Shown piece after piece: positions 23,847-32,300 of a DNA stretch of 45,218 nt (positions within the stretch are counted from its first letter, which is position 1; each line of letters opens with the position of its first letter). The notes under the pieces are model-generated. The model made no database searches. It had not been told where the DNA came from and saw nothing but the letters and a program-made list of their open reading frames with translations. Source of the stretch: an uncultured Candidatus Saccharibacteria bacterium (GTDB lineage: Bacteria; Patescibacteriota; Minisyncoccia; Phycocordibacterales; UBA9973); contig CAZPJV010000002.1 in assembly GCA_964586975.1 (NCBI GenBank), positions 1 through 45,218 on the forward strand, written 5' to 3'. A program made the translations under genes and the position numbers.

Positions 23847-25602
23847 CATTCCAAAAAGCCGCCGGTCTGGTGCTCCCAGAGCTCGGCATAAAAACCACTT
23901 TTTGCCAAAAGTTCCTTGTGGGTTCCCTCTTCCACTATCTTGCCCTGGTCCAGCACGATAATCCGGTCCATTTTTTGAATGGTGGATAGGCGGTGCGCGA
24001 TGACGATAGTAGTTTTGCCCTTCATTAGTTCGTTAAAGGCATCTTGGATATAATGTTCGCTAATGCTATCCAGGGAGCTGGTGGCTTCGTCCAACACCAG
24101 AATCGGCGCGTTCTTCAGCATCGCCCGGGCGATAGCCACCCTCTGTCTTTCCCCGCCGGATAGTTTTATGCCCCGCTCCCCGACCAGCGTATCGTAACCC
24201 TTCGGCAATTTTCTGATAAACTCATCGGCGTGGGCTTTTTGCGCGGCGGCAATTATCTCCGTTTCGGTGGCGTTATTTTTCGCGTAGCCGATATTTTCCT
24301 TAATGGACCGATGAAATAAAATAGATTCCTGCGGCACGTAAGAAATCTTTAACCGCAGTTCGTCTTGTTTCAGTTTAGTAATATCCTGGTCATCAATCAA
24401 AATTTTGCCCTCTTTTATGTCCGAAAAACGCAGGAGCAGTCTGGTAATCGTAGATTTGCCGGAGCCGGATGCCCGACCAATCCAACTTTTTCTCCGGATT
24501 TGATTTCAAGATTAAAATTTTTAAAAACCTTCAGCCCCTCCACATACTCAAAAGAAACACTGCTGAAGTTTATTCTGCCGGCTGAAATCCGGCATGGTTC
24601 TGGATTTGAAACATCCAAAATCTCCGGTTTTAAATCCAGCATATCGGTAATTTCTTTCATATCCGAAAACGCCTCCGCCATTCGGCTTAAAGAGCGGCCT
24701 AGGTTCCACAAAATATCAAAGAGGCCCATCATATATGTTTGGATTAAAACAAAAGTGCCCACCGACATTTTGCCCGCAGACCAAAAATAAATATTCACGA
24801 AAAGAACCACAATCTGTAAAACCGCCATCAGCAACGCTTGAAAAACATTTTGCAGATTGCCGAAATACCAGGCTCGGCGGCGCTTGGTTTCTTCATCTGC
24901 CGTAACAAGTCTGAACTTCTCTTGTTCTTTCCGCCGACCGGAGAAAATTTTTATATTCAAAATATTAGTCAGCGTATCGGCTAATTTGCCGGTCACTACA
25001 GAGTCGGCTGCCGCTTTGCGAGTATCAAAAACTACCTTTCTCCTGGTGAAAAGAATGGTTATGAGAACATAGACCACGGACCAAGCCAAAAAGATAAACC
25101 CCAGGGGTGGAATTTTTATGAACAGGACAAATAAAATGCCGGCAATATTCACCAAGGAAAACCAGATTTGGAAGCTAAGAGTATCTTGGAAAATCTCAAA
25201 TGACCGGGTGAAGCGTTTGGTTTTGGCGACAATACTGCCGGAAAAATTATTGGAGAAAAAAGAATAGGAATGCATTAGGAGTTTATCAAAGGTGTAATCA
25301 TACAAACCCTTCATGGTTCGGCTTTCAAAATAGGCATTGGCATAATCACCGACGCGGTAAAAAACCTGATGCGTTAAAATAATTAGCGCGGACCAAAGCG
25401 CCAAATTAATAATGCGGGTCAAAATTAAGTTAACCTCGGCGCCGCTGGCGATAGAATCAATGATTTCTTTATAGATATAGGGTTTAAGAATATTGTCCAG
25501 TAAAGTGGCCACGCCATAGGCAAAAAACACGAGAAAAAAAGAAAGCCAATACTTCCTCATTTGCGGCCAAACGTGTCTAAAAATTTTGCGAAACGAAATC
25601 AT
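23846..25602 (-). pseudogene. ABC exporter (fused TMD-NBD, MsbA/ABCB-like) split by a -1 frameshift at the Walker A motif
   Basis: The ORF 24415..25602 is a 6-TM ABC membrane domain ending GEKVGLVG and then going out of frame. Shifting one base at the C-run 24472-24474 restores [40 protein letters not shown], continuous with ORF 23846..24400, which carries the LSGGERQR signature, Walker [10 protein letters not shown] and the H-loop AHRL. Confidence 0.85.
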
Positions 25603-25641
25603 GCCGCCATTCTAGCAGAAAAAACCTTTATTTCAAAGCTT

Positions 25642-27345
25642 TTAAAGCTCCTCGGTGGAGGGCGCGATGACTTTTGCTTTCCAGAACTTGGAAGTTAAGG
25701 TCTGCATTAATCCCCTTAATTCTTCGCTGCCCAAGAGATACAAAACCGCGGCGCCGGCCAGAATGCCCAAAATTCCCGAAATCAGACCCTGCAGAAAGAT
25801 GCCCCAGAAGGTGGTCGTGCCGAAAACCGGCGACAGCGCGTTCAGAGAAAGATAAGTCGTCAGCCCGAGGAAAAACGAAGCGCCCAAGCTCTGAAAAAAT
25901 GTCTTGCTGACAAAATGCTCCGCGGGCAGAAAATCTCTTTTGACGAAAACCGCCTGCAGGACAAAGTTGAGGATGGTGCCGGCGGAATACGCCAAGGGCA
26001 ACATTAAAATTTCCGTGCCGACCACCTCGTTCACTTTCAAGAGCGACTCTATGAAATATCGGAACAAAGGAATATTTTTAAAGAAGTATAAAAAGGCGTA
26101 GGCAAAAATTATGATGAGCACCGAGCAGAAAAAATTAATCAGGAGCGGGCGGCGGGTGTTGCCGGTGGCGTAATAAGCCCGAGACAGGAGCGTAATCATT
26201 CCCTGCGCCAGAATAGAGACGGAAAAAATCGCCAGGCCGGCCGCCACCAGCCGGGTGTTGTCCCAAGAAAAAACTCCGGAGCCCAGAATCACCCGGACAA
26301 TCTGCGCGCGCAGAACGATAAACAGGAAAATGACCGGCAGGGACCAGAAGACGATGGCCCGCGCGGCTTCTTTCAAATGTTGCTTGAATTCTTCCTGCTT
26401 GCCCGCCCCGAATGACTTGGCCAGTGTCGGGAAAGCCGCCACGGCGTAAGAGATGCCGATGATATTCAGCGGCACCGACTGGAGGTTGAAGGAAAAATTA
26501 AACACCGAAATGGAGCCGTCCGGCAGAAAAGATGCCAAGGCGATGATGACAATCAGAGCCAGGTTGTTGAAAGCCAGTCCCAGAGTCCGCGGCAAGGAAG
26601 TCAGCGCGGCTTTTTTAATGTCCGCGAAATTCACCGCCAAAGAAAATCTCGGCGAAAAGCCGGAGTTATGCGCGGCAAATACCTGGATGGCAAAATGCAG
26701 CAGCGCGCCCAGCGCCACTCCCAAGCCCAAGCCATAAATGCCAAAGATGGGATAAAGAAAAAGCACGCCGGCGATGATGCCGAGGTTATAAAAAACCGGG
26801 CTGAGGGAGTAAATAAAAAACTTGCGGAAAAGCTGGGTAATCGTGCCGAACAGGTTGGACAGGCCGATCAAAATCGGCGACAACAGCATAATGCGCGAGA
26901 GCATTACTACTTCCGCCTGCTGCGCCGGCGCAAAGCCCGGGGCGATTAAGAACACCAAATTGGGCATCAGCAGATACGCAAACACCGAAACCAGAATTAT
27001 TAGACTGAAGAAAACGGTAAAAACATCATTCAGAAATTTGCGGGCTTCGTTGGTTATCTTTTCCCCATCCCCGCCTGCCAATTGGCGGGCAGGCATTTTG
27101 GAAACCAAAAACGGAATCAGCACCGTAATGGACGCGAGAGAGGCAATGCCGATAAATATCAAGTCCGGCACGCGAAAGGCCGCGTAGTAAGCATCCAATT
27201 CCGGCGAAGGTCCAATGTAGTGCGCGATAGCGCGGTCGCGGAAAAGCGCCAGTATCTGCGACAGCAAAGTGAAAGAGCCTAAAAGAAGCGCCGCCTGGTT
27301 GATGCTACCCGATTCCTTGGTAAAAATTCGCAGTATTTTCTCCAT
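25642..27345 (-). CDS. murJ: Lipid II flippase MurJ (MviN family)
   Basis: 14-TM ORF. The N-terminus SINQAALLLGSFTLLSQILALFRDRAIAHYIG and AYYAAFRVPD are typical of MurJ. Confidence 0.85.
   Translation of the reverse strand: MEKILRIFTKESGSINQAALLLGSFTLLSQILALFRDRAIAHYIGPSPELDAYYAAFRVPDLIFIGIASLASITVLIPFLVSKMPARQLAGGDGEKITNEARKFLNDVFTVFFSLIILVSVFAYLLMPNLVFLIAPGFAPAQQAEVVMLSRIMLLSPILIGLSNLFGTITQLFRKFFIYSLSPVFYNLGIIAGVLFLYPIFGIYGLGLGVALGALLHFAIQVFAAHNSGFSPRFSLAVNFADIKKAALTSLPRTLGLAFNNLALIVIIALASFLPDGSISVFNFSFNLQSVPLNIIGISYAVAAFPTLAKSFGAGKQEEFKQHLKEAARAIVFWSLPVIFLFIVLRAQIVRVILGSGVFSWDNTRLVAAGLAIFSVSILAQGMITLLSRAYYATGNTRRPLLINFFCSVLIIIFAYAFLYFFKNIPLFRYFIESLLKVNEVVGTEILMLPLAYSAGTILNFVLQAVFVKRDFLPAEHFVSKTFFQSLGASFFLGLTTYLSLNALSPVFGTTTFWGIFLQGLISGILGILAGAAVLYLLGSEELRGLMQTLTSKFWKAKVIAPSTEEL
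27069..27094. repeat. CTGCCCGCC hairpin element, in frame in murJ
   Basis: On the minus strand it reads GCCTGCCCGCC-AATT-GGCAGGCGGGG and encodes MPARQLAGGDGEK in a loop of MurJ. Confidence 0.6.
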
Positions 27346-27357
27346 CCCGTAAGTTTA

Positions 27358-29325
27358 TCAGTTGGCGCCGGCCGGAGTCGGCTCGGGCAGTCTGTTCTTG
27401 ATAGCGTTGACCGCCGCCACAACGTTCTGGTCATTGGGAGCCAGGCTGAGTGCCGCTTCAGCCAGCGCAAGAGCGTCTTCTTGGTTGCCCATCGCCAGAG
27501 CCGACCGAGCCGAACCAAGCTTGAGTGCGGGATTCAGCGGGTTAAGCTCCGAAGCGCTTTGATAAGCTAGGAGGGCCTGGCTGTAAGCATTTTGGTCGCC
27601 CAGCGTTCCCGCTGTCTCATAAACCGCGCCAAGCTGCCGAAAATTCTGGTAGTTAACGGGGTTGTAGTCTGCGGCCAGTTGGGCGCTGCGCACTGCCTGG
27701 CCGAAAACTTTTTCAACCTCCGTTTTCTCGGTCTCGGACAACGCGTCGCCCGAACCCAGCATAGAGTTAAGCTTCGCCAGATACACTTGCGAATAGGTGC
27801 GCAGATATAAATCGTTGTAGTTCATGGCGAGAGCCCGATTGATTGAGGCTTCCGCCTGGGCTATTTCGGTGGTCTTCAGCGCCTGCCGGAAATAAAGCAC
27901 CGAGGCGAAACGCTCCACATACTGGAAAGTAAGCGCGACGGAAAAGATAACCAACAACAACAGCGTTAAGATGGAAAAGAAACTTTTGCGGTGGTCGTTT
28001 AAAAACGACCAAGCTATCTCCTGCTCCTGTTCCTTTTTAGCGGCGGTCAGTCCCGCCAACACTCCGGTCAAAGCCAGAGCCAGCAGGAAAATTACCGAGC
28101 CGGCCGAGTAAAACAGCAGAGCGGCAAAAAGATACAGGGCCAGCACGAAGACGACCATAATTTCCCGATTGATGCCGTCGCGGAGACGGAGAAACACCGA
28201 TTGAACGCCGTTGCCCAGGAATAAAAACAAAAACAGCAACCAGGACAAAATGCCCAGAATGCCTGTCGTTGCCACCAGGGTCGGCAATGTCCCGGACCCA
28301 GAATTGAACGGAACATCCCAAAACAGAGTGTTATTGATGGCCGCTGGTTTGTATCGCGCCCACGCTTCGCCGAAACGATTCGGGCCGGTGCCGAAGAAGG
28401 GATTTTCTGCCACAACTCCTCGACCCACCTCCAGCGTCGCCCGCAGCGAGGGGCCAACCTCCGTGCTGGCTACACCTAAAAAATCTGGCAGGAAATTGCC
28501 GAGCAGTTGACCGGAGGTTAGAAATAACAGCGAAACCACTACCACCGCGAAGGAACTGATTGGAAAATGCCTTTTTTCAACTACCCCCCCGTTCTGATAA
28601 AGAGATAAAGACGCCTTGTAGACAAAAATAATCAAGCTCAAAATCCCGAGTAACAACCAAGCTAAGGGGAAATTCACCGCCGCCAGCAGAAGAACGGCCA
28701 AGAAAATAAAAATCTGCAACAGGAGCTTGCCGATGGCGGCAATGGGGAAAAACTCAACCACTAAAAGAAACAAAAGCGCGGCAAAACCGGCAAAAAGACC
28801 GAAAGCGTTCCAGGTGCCGAAAATATTAGTGGTCTTATCTACCCCCAAGACACCCAGAGATAAGAGCTCCGGCATAAACAAACGAACACTTTGAAAGACT
28901 AGGAGCAATAGAGCAACCAAGCCTATCCCGAATATAAGCAGACGAACTTGCCTTTCCGTCCGGAACAGAATAGCCGACATCAGCAACAGCATAAAGCCGG
29001 CAAAGATGAACCAAAAACTGCCCAAGTCAAACATCACGCCGAAGAGAGAAACATTTATCTGCTTAGCAAGGACGGCTGACAGGAAAAACACCAGAACGAT
29101 TCCGCCAGCGGCGACCAGCAGGGGGGATTTCGGCGCTGATATTTTACCGTCAAAAAATCTGCCGATGGACCAAAAAACCACGCTCAGCGCCAAACCTAAA
29201 ATTAAAACAAGCCCTTTGGAAGTCTCCACCGGAATGTCGGTAAAAGGCAGGAAAAAAATCGGCAATAAAACGATGACCAAAACCAGTGACAAAAAAGAGA
29301 GCCGGTCAAAAGTGTTGGAATTCAT
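27358..29325 (-). CDS. O-antigen ligase/Wzy-like membrane protein with C-terminal TPR repeats
   Basis: About 12 TM helices with the periplasmic loop NPFFGTGPNRFGEAW. The C-terminal 200 aa or so show TPR-like A/L/Y/N periodicity. Confidence 0.6.
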   Translation of the reverse strand: MNSNTFDRLSFLSLVLVIVLLPIFFLPFTDIPVETSKGLVLILGLALSVVFWSIGRFFDGKISAPKSPLLVAAGGIVLVFFLSAVLAKQINVSLFGVMFDLGSFWFIFAGFMLLLMSAILFRTERQVRLLIFGIGLVALLLLVFQSVRLFMPELLSLGVLGVDKTTNIFGTWNAFGLFAGFAALLFLLVVEFFPIAAIGKLLLQIFIFLAVLLLAAVNFPLAWLLLGILSLIIFVYKASLSLYQNGGVVEKRHFPISSFAVVVVSLLFLTSGQLLGNFLPDFLGVASTEVGPSLRATLEVGRGVVAENPFFGTGPNRFGEAWARYKPAAINNTLFWDVPFNSGSGTLPTLVATTGILGILSWLLFLFLFLGNGVQSVFLRLRDGINREIMVVFVLALYLFAALLFYSAGSVIFLLALALTGVLAGLTAAKKEQEQEIAWSFLNDHRKSFFSILTLLLLVIFSVALTFQYVERFASVLYFRQALKTTEIAQAEASINRALAMNYNDLYLRTYSQVYLAKLNSMLGSGDALSETEKTEVEKVFGQAVRSAQLAADYNPVNYQNFRQLGAVYETAGTLGDQNAYSQALLAYQSASELNPLNPALKLGSARSALAMGNQEDALALAEAALSLAPNDQNVVAAVNAIKNRLPEPTPAGAN

Positions 29326-29350
29326 ACTTTTAATTATACTACATTAATAA

Positions 29351-32300
29351 TTATAAAACTATATTGATAAGCCTGCCCGGCACATAAATAACTTTCTTGA
29401 TATTTTTGCCGGCGATATGCTTGATGGCTGTTTCGTTGGCCAGAGCTTGTATTTTAACCTTTTCTGCCGGGGCTTCCGCGCTTATCACAATTTCCGCCCG
29501 AACTTTGCCGTTAACCTGCACCGCGATTTTTATTTCCTCATCTTTTATTAAATTTCTGTCCCATTTGGGCCATATTGAAAGACTGATAGATTTTTTCTCG
29601 CCGAGCCCTTGCCAAAGTTCTTCGGCGATGTGGGGAGCAAAGGGCGAAAGAATTTGCAAGAACATTTTAAAATCTTTAATTGAAATCCACTGCGCCCGTT
29701 CCATCTCCGTTGCTAAAATCATCATGGCTGAAATTGCGGTATTGAAACGCATATTTTCTATATCTTCCGTAACTTTTTTAATGGTTTTGTGAAGAATTTT
29801 TTTTAAGGTCAAATCCACCCCTCCCTGTCCCTCCCCAAAGGAGAGGGTTATTCCCCCTCTTTTGGAGGGGGTTAGGGGGAGGTGAAGAATTTTCTGCCCT
29901 ATTTTCCACACTCGTTCCAAAAACCTTCGCGGGCCGACTATCGCCTCTTCGCTCCAGGCAATCGCCTGGTCAAAAGGGCCCATGAACATTTCATAAAGCC
30001 GCAGGGTGTCGGCGCCGTATCTTTTCACGATATCGTCGGGATTAATCACATTGCCGCGTGACTTGGACATTTTTTCACCGCCTTCAGCCAAAATCAGCCC
30101 GTGCGAGGTGCGCTTTTTATATGGCTCACTCGTGGGCACCAATTTCAAATCATACAAAAACTTGTGCCAAAAGCGCGAATAAAGCAGGTGGAGCGTAGTG
30201 TGTTCGTTGCCGCCGTTGTACCAGTCAACCCCTCCCTGGCCCTCCCCCAAGGAGAGGGAATTTTTGTTCCCCTTCCTTGGGAAGGGGTTAGGGGTAGGTC
30301 CAAGCCAGTATTTCAAATTTTTCTTTGAGGCAAACTCTTTACTATTTTGGGGGTTAGCATATCGTAAATAATACCAAGAACTCCCCGCCCAGTTAGGCAT
30401 GGTATCCGTTTCGCGTCTGGCAGGACCTTTGCATTTCGGACATTTGGTATTTACCCATTTGGAAATATTTGCCAAAGGTGACTCGCCTGTTTCTGTCGGC
30501 TGATAATTTTTAATTTTCGGCAAAAGAACCGGCAAATCTTTTTCCGGTACCGGCACCCAAGTATTTGAGCAAGGACTACCCTTGCTCACGCAGAAAACTA
30601 CCGGTATCGGCTCCCCCCAATATCTCTGCCGGGAAAAGACCCAGTCCCGCAGTTTGAAAGTTGTCTTTTCCCTGCCGCCGACAAATCTTACGATTTCCCT
30701 TTTCACTTTTTCAGAATCCATGCCGTCGAATTTGCCGGAATTGGCGAGAATTCCTTCGCCGGTATAAACCTGTTCCTGCCCCTGCAAAATATGCCAGTCG
30801 CGCAGAGAACCTTCAATGTTCATAATTCTTTCTAACTCCGGTTTGGTAACCCAGATTAATTCATGTTTTTCTTTTTCGTCCGGAGTAAGTTCTTTCTGTT
30901 CCCCATTTTTTAATTCAAAATAAAAATTGGAGAAATGCGCGAAACGATTTTCTTTCTTGGGCACGTGGTAAAACTTGCTGTGTGAGCGCGGCAGTTCTTT
31001 CAGTAACTTAAAATTCTGATAGCCGGTTTCTTCCCTGATTTCGCGTTCAACTGCTTGGAGCGGTGTTTCTCCTTCATCTACACCACCCGTTATAAATGTT
31101 ACCCAATCAACTTTTTTCCATTTCAAAACCAAATATTTGTCCTCCGAACAATGCTTTAATATCGCATGTACTGCTTCCCGTTCCACGAACGGCAAATCTT
31201 CTCTAGGATTATCAAAAAAGGTCGGCTCAATTACATTTTTAATCGGCAAACTGTATTTTTTCGCAAATTCAAAATCGCGTTCGTCATGCGCCGGCACAGC
31301 CATAATCGCGCTGGTGCCATAGTCATAAGACACATAGTTCACAACCCATACAGGAATCTCTTCGCCATTCGCAGGATTGATGGCTCGGAGGCCAGTATCT
31401 TTTCCTATTTTTTCCCCGCCTGCCATCGCCTGCGGCTTCAGGCCGTGGCGGGCAGGCTTATTTTCCTCTGATTTTACACCAAAGTCACTGCCCGCTAGTT
31501 TCTTCGCGACCTCCGGAGCAATCGCCAAATAAGTCGCTCCGAAAATCGTGTCCGGGCGAGTGGTGAAAACTTTAATGCCCAATTCAACCTCTCCCTGGCC
31601 CTCTCCCAAGGAGAGGGGGTAATCCGGAAGAGTTTCCAATTTTTTATTTATCCTCCTTATTACATCTGCTAAGTTTTCTAAAACTTCCTCATTTGAAAAT
31701 CGGAGAATGGTATAACCAAGTGTTTCCAGCCGATTGATCCTTTCGGCATCTCTTTCTCTCTGATAATTATGAACACCCCCCTCAATTTCTATAACCAAGT
31801 TTTTCGGAAGACAAAGAAAGTCCACAATAAAATGATCAATTATATGCTGTCTTCTGAAATGATATCTCTGTTTGTTCGCTTTTAGCGCTTCCCATAATTT
31901 CCTTTCAGCTTGAGTGGGGTTCTTTCTCATTTCTAATGCTTTCTCAAAAAGTTCCTTATATACTTCAGCATCAGTGGTGACATAACCCGGCAATGCCCCC
32001 CTTCCTTGGGAAGGGGCTGGGGGTAGGTCTGGGGTTAGGTTCTTTATTTTAAATTCTATCTCTGCCCCCTCGGACTTCCCTATCCAATTTCTTTGCGCAA
32101 GTTTTATGTGCGGCAAGTAGTCCACGGTATCTAAATCTTTATCTAACCTTTCCGCATATTTAGTAATCCCCAGCATCCACTGCTCTTTTTCTTTTTTTTC
32201 CACCGGCGTGCCGCAACGTTCGCAAGCGCCACCCACAACCTCTTCATTGGCCAAACCGATTTTACAGGACGGGCACCAATTAATCGGAATTTTTGCTTTG

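Noticed and set aside
24415-24480. Programmed ribosomal frameshift in the ABC exporter
   Set aside because: There is no slippery heptamer or downstream structure. The shift falls on a 3-nt homopolymer inside the P-loop codons, so it is better explained by an indel (a mutation or a sequencing error).
31586-32040. Possibility that the DUF559-containing insert in leuS is an intein
   Set aside because: No intein hallmarks are present. There is no Cys/Ser/Thr at the N-terminal junction, no His-Asn followed by Cys/Ser/Thr at the C-terminal junction, and no Hint-domain blocks. Instead the insert is bounded at the DNA level by inverted repeats, and the nuclease is DUF559-type, not LAGLIDADG or HNH.
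23173-32040. GC-rich palindromic repeats considered as a CRISPR array
   Set aside because: The copies are irregularly spaced (kilobases apart), lie inside coding sequences, are internally palindromic with variable cores, and are not separated by uniform spacers. No cas genes are in the window.
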